Assembly (NCBI GenBank): GCA_036170655.1
Contig: JAVHPP010000126.1
Coordinates: 1 to 33,631 of the forward strand
Reading direction: 5' to 3'
Length of the DNA: 33,631 nucleotides
DNA from: Candidatus Zixiibacteriota bacterium
GTDB lineage: Bacteria; Zixibacteria; MSB-5A5; WJJR01
Shown here: positions 1 to 8,186 of the stretch, piece by piece
How the letters are laid out: every line of letters starts with the position of its first letter
Numbering within the stretch: position 1 is the stretch's first letter
Program-made: the position numbers and the translations under genes
The notes under the pieces: generated by a model
Seen by the model: only the letters and a program-made list of their open reading frames with translations
The model's database searches: none
What the model was told of the DNA's origin: nothing

Positions 1-111
1 CCAGCCTCAGCCGTGCGAGTGGAGGCGGCGTTGGTGTGGCAGCGGTATGAGCAGCGGGGACGGGGGGATGATGTCGAGTTGAGACTCAGGATGGTGGCGG
101 GCCAGACGTGA
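1..111 (+). CDS. 3' end of a gene truncated by the window edge, possibly an outer-membrane beta-barrel protein
   Basis: Frame 1 is open from base 1 to TGA at 109-111 (PASAVRVEAALVWQRYEQRGRGDDVELRLRMVAGQT). It shows alternating hydrophobic beta-strand-like patterns and lies on the same strand as the downstream genes. Confidence 0.4.
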   Translation, partial: PASAVRVEAALVWQRYEQRGRGDDVELRLRMVAGQT

Positions 112-197
112 CCTTGACCGCAACCAACAGAACAATGAGGGTGATTCCAATGCAGACACCATTCACTCACTCGAACACCAACAAGAGGAGATCAGTC

Positions 198-818
198 ATG
201 GGGCTCCGATTCACCTGCCTGCTCGCAGCGCTGGCTGCATGCGTCATGCCCACATCCAACTGTCTTGCCCAAACCCCAGAGAGCACTGCGTTTCGTCGAT
301 GGGGTGTGGGATGGGATGACGGAATCGGTGTGCGGTATCGTCTGGACTCCTCATGGGCGCTGGGGCTCAGCGTCAATGGGCGTCTCGACGGAACCATTCG
401 TAAGGTAGACGAGTTAGTGGATACCACCCAGCGGAGGATTTCCAACAATCGCGCGGGTGGATCGCTCAAAACACGCCTGACCCTCATTCGGGACACCAGA
501 TTGAATAAGTGGATGGGCCTTGGCCTCTTTGGCGGGGTCGCATTCAACCACTACTCTGATCACGAGACGGGATACGATCGAATCGATAATGGCTACTCAG
601 TCGATGCTGGGATCAGGGTCACGTTCAGCTTCTTCAGACGCCTGGTGCTCGAATCACGTTTCGGGCTTACAGCATCTCGCAATCACTCCAAGTCCAGATC
701 TCACAATTCTGGCTACGGTGTCTGGAGAAGTCATTCCACGGAGGACACTTGGTATACCAGTTCCTTCGGGAACGGCCTCGGGCCGGGCTCCGTGCTCCAA
801 TTCATGGTGTATTTTTGA
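198..818 (+). CDS. Exported small outer-membrane beta-barrel-like protein
   Basis: SD-like AAGAGGAG at 183-190 precedes ATG 198 (the ORF track starts at 108). It has a signal peptide (MGLRFTCLLAALAACVMPTSNCLA-Q), amphipathic beta-strands and a C-terminal LQFMVYF with terminal Phe, typical of a beta-signal. Confidence 0.7.
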   Translation: MGLRFTCLLAALAACVMPTSNCLAQTPESTAFRRWGVGWDDGIGVRYRLDSSWALGLSVNGRLDGTIRKVDELVDTTQRRISNNRAGGSLKTRLTLIRDTRLNKWMGLGLFGGVAFNHYSDHETGYDRIDNGYSVDAGIRVTFSFFRRLVLESRFGLTASRNHSKSRSHNSGYGVWRSHSTEDTWYTSSFGNGLGPGSVLQFMVYF

Positions 819-973
819 GTGAGTGGGACGAGGTTGGCGCCATCATGGGATACACGCATACTTGCAGCCTGAATGGATCGACGCAGAACCCGCGCCCAAC
901 AGGTGGGAGTCTGCGGGTGACTCCACACGGAGAAAACAGCAGATCCGTCGCCGTCTGCCACGGCAGACTCCTC

Positions 974-3472
974 ATGATGAAAACCGGGGGCATCGTCGCT
1001 TTTCAATGTGCTGTACTTATGTTGGTCGGCCTCGCGGGGACAGCATCCGGGGCTGGTCTTCTCGTCAACGAGACTCTCGCCAATGAGCATGGGAGCGTAA
1101 CGACGACCGAATGGGTCGAACTATGGAACTGGCCCGACACGGGTGGGGGATCGATCGATCTCAAAGGGTACCGGTTTGTCGACGGGCGTGACACGACGCG
1201 ATTCGACACCAATCTGACCATCCCGCCCGGCGGGTTTGTTGTTCTGGCGCGCAAACCGACCGGCGCCGACAGCTTTGAAGCGTACTGGGGCGACAGTTCC
1301 GGAGTCTGGGGTGACAATCCGAAAGAATCGTTCCCAGTTCTTCTGGCGAAGATGTCGCTGCGCAACAGCAGCGATACGGTGACCTTGATCTCTCCTGATG
1401 GGGACACATCGCGTATGCTCTGGACACATGACGGCGCCGATGGGGTATCCATCGAACGCATCCGTCCGAATAACGATGATTCCGCCGGCAATTTCGCGTA
1501 CTGTGCCGACCCGTCTGGCAGCACACCGGGACGTATCAACTCTGTATTTCCCGTGCGCGGTGATCTGGCCCTGGACTCGCTGCGCATCACGCCAGCCGAC
1601 CCGCAGTGGGGCGATACCATTCGCGTCTGGGTTTACATGACCAATGTTGGCTTAGGGGCAGCGCCGCCTGCGGATATTCAAGTTTACGACGATCCCGACC
1701 CATTGCATTCTGGCGACGCTTTGGGCGAGATCGGGGCAATCAAGGCGTTCGCGATCGAGGAGGAAGTCTCCACCACGGGAATCATCCTATGGGACAGGGC
1801 ATCTCCCGGATTGCATGGCTTGGTCGCTCGCATCGCAGCCGATGGCAACCCGATGAACAACACGTTGAACACAGAAATCACTGTGCGATTCTCGCAACCG
1901 CTGGTGATCGTCACGGAATTTCTTGCCAATCCCACGGTTGGCGGACCGGACGAATGGGTGGAAATCTCCAATCGGACGGATGTCCCGATCAACATGCAGG
2001 GTGTGCGCTTCGGCGATTCTGTGGCGACAGTTCCCCTGCCCGACAGTGTCGGGGTAATCCCGCCGGGTACATTCTGGGTGTTCTGCGAAAATCGGGGACC
2101 ATTCCTGAACTACTATCACGGTTTCCATGGGACGCTTCTTGAACTGTCCGGCTGGCGTGAATTGAATAACACCGGCGACCGTATCCGGATGATCGGGCCG
2201 ACCGGCGAGATCATCGACTCGGTGAGCTTCAGAGCAGTGTACCCGGACAATCGCTCGGCGGAGCGCGTGAATCTCGAGCCGTCGCCGGCATCGTCGAAGT
2301 TCTGGAAGGAGTGCATGGACCCATCAGGCGCCACACCCGGTCGTGCCAATTCTGTGCATCCCATCGTCAATGATCTGTCGCTGGATTCCCTTCGTGTTGA
2401 TCCGGCAGAACCCGTATGGGGCGAGCCGATCACGGTTCAAATCTTTGTCACCAACGCCGGATTCGGACCGGCGCGGGGGATTGCTCTCAGTCTCTATGAT
2501 GATCTCGACTTGTCGGCTCCCGGCGCGATGCTGGCGAAGATCGGATCGGCGACGGTCGCGTCTGTGGACGAAGGCGAAAGGTCAGACGCGACAGTCGAAT
2601 GGTCCGGGGCGCCCCCCGGAATCCACCGGATTGTGGCCAAGGTTGATACGGACGGAGATTCACTGAACAACTCGGGCGCGGTGACGCTAACGGTCCGTCA
2701 TTCGCAGCCGCTGGTGATTATCTCCGAGTACCTTGCCAATCCGACGTCCCAGGGTCCGGGCGAATGGGTCGAGATCACTAATGTGGCCGATTTTGCCATC
2801 AACATGCGCGCCACGCGCATCGGCGACTCGTCGGGGGCCAGTGTATTGCCACCGGATGTTTCGGTCATGTCACCGGGGGCATTCTGGGTTCTCACGGAGA
2901 GTGAAGCGGCCTTTCGCGCCTTCTACCCTTTGTTCACGGGCAGTCTTGTTCAGATTCCCGGATGGCGCGATCTCAACAATTCCGGCGACCGAATCCGTCT
3001 GCTGGGCGCCGCGGGCGAGATCATCGACTCGCTGAGCTTGCGTACGCTGTATGACGGTAACCGTTCCGCCGAGCGTCTCGAACTCTCCGCCACGTTCGCC
3101 GGCCCCGATGACTGGGCGCGTTCCGTCGACCCGTCCGGAGCGACACCGGGGCAGCCGAATTCAGTGAACCGCGATCAAACCGGTTCATTCGAGGTCTCGG
3201 TGTCCCCCAATCCGATCTACCTGTCGGCGGAGCAGAGTGCGCAGATTGCATACCGCATGGAGATTGGCGAGCAGTTGACACTTCGCATCTACGACCGTGC
3301 CGGCCATCTGGTGCGGACCATTGCTGACAAGATGCCAGCGGCCACGGGGACGACCTTCTGGAACGGGACAACCAATGCTGGCGGTCATGTCGATCCGGGG
3401 GCGTACATCCTTCTGGCGCGATCTGAGCCACGAGGCACGGAGCAGAAACTGGTCATTGTGGTGGGGCCGTGA
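974..3472 (+). CDS. Secreted lamin-tail-domain (LTD)/CARDB repeat protein with C-terminal FlgD-like Ig domain
   Basis: Signal peptide from MMKTGG (974/977). Three LTD-like units (NE/TE/SE..LAN....EWVE...L.N.GD...L...ER....TPG..NS), two CARDB-like units (DL.LDSL...P..P.WG..I.V...TN.G), and a C-terminal PNP...LRIYDRAGHLVRTI...WNGT...G..V.PGAYIL. Confidence 0.85.
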   Translation: MMKTGGIVAFQCAVLMLVGLAGTASGAGLLVNETLANEHGSVTTTEWVELWNWPDTGGGSIDLKGYRFVDGRDTTRFDTNLTIPPGGFVVLARKPTGADSFEAYWGDSSGVWGDNPKESFPVLLAKMSLRNSSDTVTLISPDGDTSRMLWTHDGADGVSIERIRPNNDDSAGNFAYCADPSGSTPGRINSVFPVRGDLALDSLRITPADPQWGDTIRVWVYMTNVGLGAAPPADIQVYDDPDPLHSGDALGEIGAIKAFAIEEEVSTTGIILWDRASPGLHGLVARIAADGNPMNNTLNTEITVRFSQPLVIVTEFLANPTVGGPDEWVEISNRTDVPINMQGVRFGDSVATVPLPDSVGVIPPGTFWVFCENRGPFLNYYHGFHGTLLELSGWRELNNTGDRIRMIGPTGEIIDSVSFRAVYPDNRSAERVNLEPSPASSKFWKECMDPSGATPGRANSVHPIVNDLSLDSLRVDPAEPVWGEPITVQIFVTNAGFGPARGIALSLYDDLDLSAPGAMLAKIGSATVASVDEGERSDATVEWSGAPPGIHRIVAKVDTDGDSLNNSGAVTLTVRHSQPLVIISEYLANPTSQGPGEWVEITNVADFAINMRATRIGDSSGASVLPPDVSVMSPGAFWVLTESEAAFRAFYPLFTGSLVQIPGWRDLNNSGDRIRLLGAAGEIIDSLSLRTLYDGNRSAERLELSATFAGPDDWARSVDPSGATPGQPNSVNRDQTGSFEVSVSPNPIYLSAEQSAQIAYRMEIGEQLTLRIYDRAGHLVRTIADKMPAATGTTFWNGTTNAGGHVDPGAYILLARSEPRGTEQKLVIVVGP
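1562..3181 (+). repeat. Diverged intragenic tandem duplication, 2 x 810 bp (CARDB+LTD unit)
   Basis: DLALDSLRITPADPQWG starts at 1562 and DLSLDSLRVDPAEPVWG at 2372. SQPLVIVTEFLANPT/SQPLVIISEYLANPT and DPSGATPGRANSV/DPSGATPGQPNSV keep the same 270-codon period. Confidence 0.85.
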
Positions 3473-4362
3473 GATTTTGCGCGCCGCATCAAGGAGAAGA
3501 AAGGAGAGGTCTTACCGCCGGACTTTGGGTGGCCTGCTTCATGGCCATTGCTTTATCCCCAGAGTGTGTCTGGGCGGACGACGATGACTTTGGTTCGGCG
3601 TTGCAGGTCGGCGTCGGCGGCGCCTACACGGCCGCGCTCACCGATCCCGCGACCTGCTGGGCCAATCCCGCAGCGCCGTCACTGGCGCCGTACGACGTCG
3701 CGCTGAACATCTCCCGCAGACGTTTGTTCAATCTCGAAGCGCTCGAAGAGAATACGGGCAGTGCGCACGTGAGGGTCGGCAGGCAGGTGACCATCGCGGG
3801 CGGTTTCTCGCATTTCGGCCAGTCGGGTCTTTTTCAAGAGACACGTGGGATTGTGGGTTTGTCACATGTCACCAGGAAAAACCTGGCGCTGGGGGTCAGC
3901 ATCGGGTATCAGCGCATCGAATTCGGCAGCGGCGCGAAGGCGTACTCCGGGGCCACGATCAACTGGGGCGCCGTATTGTCTCCGGTTGCCTCCGTAGCCG
4001 TTGGGGCTGCCGTGCGGGAGATCCGTGTTGACCGCCTCTACGACACAAACAATCAGCCAGCACACCTCGAAGTGTCGGCGGCATGGAGCGCCCCGCCGGA
4101 TATCACGCTGGCGGGCATCTGGTCCACAGAGTCTGATGGACGCAGCCGCTTCGGATTGGGGCAGCGATTGCTTCTGGCGCGGGATTTTCTCCACGCCACG
4201 CGCATTGAGTTTCTGTCGGGGCTGCGGTTCGACCCCGTCCGCTACGCTTTGGGCGGCCACATCGCCGTCGGCGGCGGGTGGATTGATTATGTGTATCAGA
4301 GCCACCCGGACCTGGGCGGGACTCATGCGTTCGCGTTTACCTACGCATTCCCGGCACCGTAG
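3469..4362 (+). CDS. Outer-membrane barrel, PorV/PorQ/FadL-like family
   Basis: GTGA overlap with the upstream stop and a signal peptide. N-terminal GSALQVGVGGAYTAALTDPATCWANPAA resembles the PorV/FadL motif (GMGGA..A...D.....WNPA). C-terminus is DYVYQSHPDLGGTHAFAFTYAF. Confidence 0.7.
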   Translation: MRFCAPHQGEERRGLTAGLWVACFMAIALSPECVWADDDDFGSALQVGVGGAYTAALTDPATCWANPAAPSLAPYDVALNISRRRLFNLEALEENTGSAHVRVGRQVTIAGGFSHFGQSGLFQETRGIVGLSHVTRKNLALGVSIGYQRIEFGSGAKAYSGATINWGAVLSPVASVAVGAAVREIRVDRLYDTNNQPAHLEVSAAWSAPPDITLAGIWSTESDGRSRFGLGQRLLLARDFLHATRIEFLSGLRFDPVRYALGGHIAVGGGWIDYVYQSHPDLGGTHAFAFTYAFPAP

Positions 4363-4406
4363 TCCGCCACACGGGCTGATTTCCATTCGCATCGGCCCGC
4401 GAGAAT

Positions 4407-4415
4407 TGGTATAAT
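4407..4415 (+). promoter_or_regulatory. Extended -10 sigma70-type promoter element for dgt
   Basis: TGGTATAAT (TGn + perfect TATAAT) in the intergenic gap, about 38 nt upstream of the dgt ATG. Confidence 0.6.
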
Positions 4416-4452
4416 CGAACGCGACGCGCTGGACCACCGCAGTGGGGAGAAC

Positions 4453-5634
4453 ATGACCGGCACACCTCTGGACATGTTGCATGAACGGGAACGGCTGACC
4501 TTGGCGTCGTACGCGGCTCACAGCAACGCTTCTCTGGGTCGGGCGCATCCGGAACCGCCGCACCCCTATCGGACCGCTTTTCAGCGAGACCGCGAACGCA
4601 TCATCCACTCAGCGGCATTCCGGCGCCTCGAATATAAGACACAGGTTTTCGTCAACCATGAAGGCGACAACTACCGGACCCGGCTGACCCACTCGATCGA
4701 AGTGGCGCAGATCGCGCGTTCGATTGCACGCGCCCTGCGGCTCAACGAAGATCTCGCCGAGGCGGTTGCACTGGCGCACGACTTGGGACACACCCCCTTC
4801 GGTCATGCCGGCGAGGAGGCGCTCAACAAGAAGATGGCCGCCGATGGCGGATTCTCGCACAACCGGCAGTCACTCCGTGTTGTCGATGTGCTGGAAGAAC
4901 GTTATCCGGACTTCCCGGGGCTCAATCTGTCGTTCGAGGTGCGCGAAGGAATCGTCAAACATGAGACGATCTACGACCGCCCCGAAACCGAAGGATTTCA
5001 TCCTGAATGGAAGCCGACCCTGGAAGGGCAACTGGTCAATCTGGCCGACGAGATCGCTTATAATTCACATGATGTGGATGACGGTTTGCGCTCCGGCATC
5101 TTTGGCTGGGATGACCCGGCCGGACTGCCGATTTGGACCGAACTCAACGACGCATCCTGTGCGATCTACCCCGACATCGATCGTCGGCTGCGCCGGCATC
5201 ACATCGTGCGATTGCTCATCAACTCGCAGGTCACGGATCTGATCACGTATGCGCAACGACAAATTGAAGAATTGAAGATCCTCACTCTGGAGGACGTCCG
5301 CACGGCCGACGATTTTCCCATGCGTTTTTCGCCGGAATTTGGCGCGAAGCTCAGGGGATTGAAGGAGTTCCTGTTCGAGAAGATGTATCATCACTACCGC
5401 GTCCTGCGCATGGCCGCCAAGGGCGAACGCATCCTGCACAGTCTATTTGATGTCTATACTGAAGACACCCGCCAGTTGTCCCCGAAGTTTCGTCAGCGTA
5501 TTGAGCGCACTCCCGATACGGCCGACCAATCACGCGTGGTCCGCCAGGTCGTCTGCGACTACGTCGCGGGCATGACCGATCGTTACGCCATGCTTGAGTA
5601 TCGCAAGTTGTTCGATCCGTTCGAAAAGGTCTGA
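4453..5634 (+). CDS. dgt: Deoxyguanosinetriphosphate triphosphohydrolase (dGTPase-like, HD family)
   Basis: Motifs RTAFQRDRERIIHSAAFRRLEYKTQVF, RTRLTHSIEVAQIAR, LAHDLGHTPFGHAGE and DYVAGMTDRYA. Confidence 0.96.
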   Translation: MTGTPLDMLHERERLTLASYAAHSNASLGRAHPEPPHPYRTAFQRDRERIIHSAAFRRLEYKTQVFVNHEGDNYRTRLTHSIEVAQIARSIARALRLNEDLAEAVALAHDLGHTPFGHAGEEALNKKMAADGGFSHNRQSLRVVDVLEERYPDFPGLNLSFEVREGIVKHETIYDRPETEGFHPEWKPTLEGQLVNLADEIAYNSHDVDDGLRSGIFGWDDPAGLPIWTELNDASCAIYPDIDRRLRRHHIVRLLINSQVTDLITYAQRQIEELKILTLEDVRTADDFPMRFSPEFGAKLRGLKEFLFEKMYHHYRVLRMAAKGERILHSLFDVYTEDTRQLSPKFRQRIERTPDTADQSRVVRQVVCDYVAGMTDRYAMLEYRKLFDPFEKV

Positions 5635-5873
5635 CCCACTCCGGCAAGGAGGCATGAAATGCCTGGATCGTTTTGTCTTAGCGCAGGCATCCACATGCAA
5701 CTGTTTGCAGAAGCCACGGCATGGGTATCCCGGCCAGTCATCCCCGGTCATAGCACGAAGCGGCTGTTCGACGGTGCGACAGACAATTCATCTCGTTGTT
5801 TCGCAATACGATACGACTTGGCGGGAAGAGGTCGTGGACGCGGAATCGCCGGACGCAGTTCCTTGTCAGCCGA

Positions 5874-5889
5874 TGGCACCACCTTTGCA
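5874..5889 (+). promoter_or_regulatory. Sigma54 (RpoN) -24/-12 promoter
   Basis: TGGCAC-CACCT-TTGCA matches TGGCAC-N5-TTGCW exactly. It is intergenic and followed by SD-like AGAAAGGA (5904-5911) and ATG 5922. Confidence 0.75.
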
Positions 5890-5921
5890 TCGATGGTTGT
5901 ATCAGAAAGGACACTGCCACG

Positions 5922-6299
5922 ATGCGCTGCTACTTCTATGCTGAGAAACCTGGACCGCCGGAACAGCCGGGCAGTGGTGTCGTATCCTTCTGTATCCCGG
6001 ACTTGAACATCACGTTTCGGGCGCGTTTCCAAGGCACTTCCCCTGCCTGTGAATATGCGGCCCTGCTGGCCCTGCTGGAGTTCGTGGAGATCAATCCACA
6101 GTTGTTCAAGGAACGCACTGTCCAGATCTTCGGGGACTCGTTCACCGTGGTCAATCAGGTGAATGAGCGCCTTTACTGCCGCAAAGAGTTGGCGTCATTC
6201 TGCAACATGGCCCGAGTGTTCAAGAACAAGATACCGTACGTCCTCGACTGGGTCCCCAAGTCGGAAAACCCCGCGCAGGGATTCTCGCCTCAAGAATAA
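5922..6299 (+). CDS. RNase HI-fold protein with degenerate active site
   Basis: 125 aa. TSPACEYAALLALLE, VQIFGDSFTVVNQV and WVPKSENPAQ parallel the RNase HI motifs TNN.AEY..L..GLE, GDS.LVV.Q and WVPRE.N..AD. An SD lies upstream of ATG 5922. Confidence 0.8.
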   Translation: MRCYFYAEKPGPPEQPGSGVVSFCIPDLNITFRARFQGTSPACEYAALLALLEFVEINPQLFKERTVQIFGDSFTVVNQVNERLYCRKELASFCNMARVFKNKIPYVLDWVPKSENPAQGFSPQE

Positions 6300-6367
6300 T
6301 CGCCGCCATCGCCCGGCACAGTCCGGCACAGTCTGGTACACCAAGTCGAAGATTGCTCTTGTTCTCC

Positions 6368-6396
6368 TTGGCGTTGATCGCGTTTTGACCTATGTT
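6368..6396 (+). promoter_or_regulatory. Possible sigma70-type promoter for holA
   Basis: TTGGCG-N17-TATGTT upstream of ATG 6425. Confidence 0.35.
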
Positions 6397-6424
6397 GGTG
6401 TGTCTCATCGGAGCGGACGCCATC

Positions 6425-7450
6425 ATGGGCTTCTCAGAGGATCGGGCGCAGGGAAGGTTTGGTTCGCGGTATGTACTGGTTGCGGAGAACCCCTACCTTC
6501 TCTGGGATGCGGTCGAACACTGGAAGGCAACATGGCGGAAGACACAGCCCGTCTCGTGCGAGGTTTTCCAAGCGCCGAAGATTGACTTCGACCGCCTTCT
6601 GGACATCGGGGCAACCATTCCGATGTTTGCAGAGACACGGCTCGTCCTGATCCGGGATATCAACAAGATCTTGGAATCCCAGCATGAGCGCTTGCTGCAG
6701 ACCCTCAACCGTTTTAGCGACACAACAAAGGCGCTCCTCACAGCCACCGATCTCGACAAGCGGAAGAAGTTGTACAAGGGCCTATCTTCATGGGGGAGTT
6801 TCGAGGAGTTCCCCAGGATTTATGATGACAAGTTACCGGGTTGGGCGCAACGGATTGCCGGGGATTTTGGCTGGCGCCTGTCGCCGGACGCGGCGGAGCT
6901 TCTGGCCTCGGCCTGTGGCGACGATCTGTTTTCGGTCAGACAGACAATCGAGAGGGTCACACTATTCCTCGATCGCCAGCGGCGGATCGAAGTCGCCGAC
7001 GTCGAGAGCATGCTGGCAGGCGAGGGGATACACACGATCTTCCTGCTTCTGGATGCTGTGGCGCAGCATGACCTTGGACGCTCTTTGGCCATCGTCAGAT
7101 CACTCTTTGCGGGGGGCGAATATCCCGGGGTCTGGTTATCCGCCTTGTCCAGATTGTTGGGCAAGCTGGCGAAACTGGCGGAGTTGAAGGAGCCCAACGA
7201 CTTCCGTGCAGCCGAGTTGACGGGTATGAAACCATTCCTCGTGAAGAAGTCCCGTGCCCAAATTGAAGCATACGGTGAGAAGAATCTGCCGGCCGCCATT
7301 CTGGCATGCTGCGAAACCGAATGGGGGATAAAGACTTCACAAGTGTCAAACCGCATGGGGTGGGAGATTCTTGTCTGGCGATTGTGCAGTCGTCCTGTCA
7401 TACCCGATTTCTCCATCCTCTCTCTGAATTCACCAAGATTTCGGGAATAA
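6425..7450 (+). CDS. holA: DNA polymerase III subunit delta
   Basis: YVLVAENPYLL, TIPMFAETRLVLIRD, LDKRKKLYK, LSPDAAELLA...G.DL, IFLLLDAV and C-terminal E.GIKTS. Length fits HolA. Start could be 6392 or 6425. Confidence 0.88.
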   Translation: MGFSEDRAQGRFGSRYVLVAENPYLLWDAVEHWKATWRKTQPVSCEVFQAPKIDFDRLLDIGATIPMFAETRLVLIRDINKILESQHERLLQTLNRFSDTTKALLTATDLDKRKKLYKGLSSWGSFEEFPRIYDDKLPGWAQRIAGDFGWRLSPDAAELLASACGDDLFSVRQTIERVTLFLDRQRRIEVADVESMLAGEGIHTIFLLLDAVAQHDLGRSLAIVRSLFAGGEYPGVWLSALSRLLGKLAKLAELKEPNDFRAAELTGMKPFLVKKSRAQIEAYGEKNLPAAILACCETEWGIKTSQVSNRMGWEILVWRLCSRPVIPDFSILSLNSPRFRE

Positions 7451-7472
7451 CTTCTCTGGATGTTGGTAGACC

Positions 7473-8060
7473 ATGTGTGGTGAGCGGCGAGAGGAACAGA
7501 TCGGCAAAGATGAATCCGATCTCATCCGCGCGGCCCAAACGGGTGACCGGCTGGCATACGACGAGCTGGTCCGGCGTCACCAACGTAGTGTTTACCGCTG
7601 GGCGTACAAGGTAGTCCGCTCCCACGATTTGGCCGACGAAGTGGCCCAGGAGGTCTTCGTGCGGACATACATGGCTCTGGAGAGAATTGATCCGGAGCGG
7701 CCGTTGGGGTCGTGGCTGTGCAAGACCACGGTCAATGTGGCTTTGAACATCGTGCGGAAACAACGTTTTCGGGCGCAGTGGACGGAGGATGGTCGGTCGG
7801 AGGTTTCGGACTTACAGGCCCCGGGGCCAGATATCGAGTTTCAGCACCGACGTATGATTGCGCGCGTGAAACATGTCATCGACGCCCTGCCGCCAATCTA
7901 CCGCACCATCCTGTTGCTGCGGACCACGGAGAACATGTCGTATGAAGAGATCGCGGAGGCGCTCGGAATCTCAATGGGAACGGTGATGTCCCGGTTGGCG
8001 CGTGCCCGCAAGAAGTTGCGGAAAGAGCTGGGGCCGCTCTTGGAGGATATGCACGAGTGA
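7473..8060 (+). CDS. ECF (group 4) RNA polymerase sigma factor, SigW/RpoE-like
   Basis: Region 2: GDRLAYDELVRRHQ...ADEVAQEVFVR...WL. Region 4: LPPIYRTILLLR...MSYEEIAEALGISMGTVMSRLARAR. Confidence 0.95.
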   Translation: MCGERREEQIGKDESDLIRAAQTGDRLAYDELVRRHQRSVYRWAYKVVRSHDLADEVAQEVFVRTYMALERIDPERPLGSWLCKTTVNVALNIVRKQRFRAQWTEDGRSEVSDLQAPGPDIEFQHRRMIARVKHVIDALPPIYRTILLLRTTENMSYEEIAEALGISMGTVMSRLARARKKLRKELGPLLEDMHE

Positions 8061-8095
8061 AGCGGCGGGACCGGTCAACCACAGAAGAATTGGGA

Positions 8096-8122
8096 TGAAA
8101 CTGATGAATCGGTATTTGCGTC
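8096..8122 (+). promoter_or_regulatory. ECF-type promoter upstream of the anti-sigma gene
   Basis: TGAAAC-N17-CGTC in the sigma/anti-sigma intergenic gap. Confidence 0.55.
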
Positions 8123-8186
8123 TGATACGTATGGGTTTTGGTGGAGCATTCCGGCCGCGGGTGCGCGCGGCAGCAAGGCAGTGGCT

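Noticed and set aside
749..973. 75-codon N-terminal extension of the 907-aa ORF
   Set aside because: It overlaps the upstream gene and precedes a clear signal peptide starting at 974/977.
4453..5634. dGTPase as an anti-phage defence gene
   Set aside because: It looks like the ordinary short housekeeping Dgt in a core-gene context, with no defence island around it.
5646..6006. 115-aa ORF at 5659 preceded by a perfect AAGGAGG
   Set aside because: The translation has no recognisable features, crosses the sigma54 promoter and overlaps the RNase H-like gene out of frame. The SD is part of an inverted repeat just after dgt.
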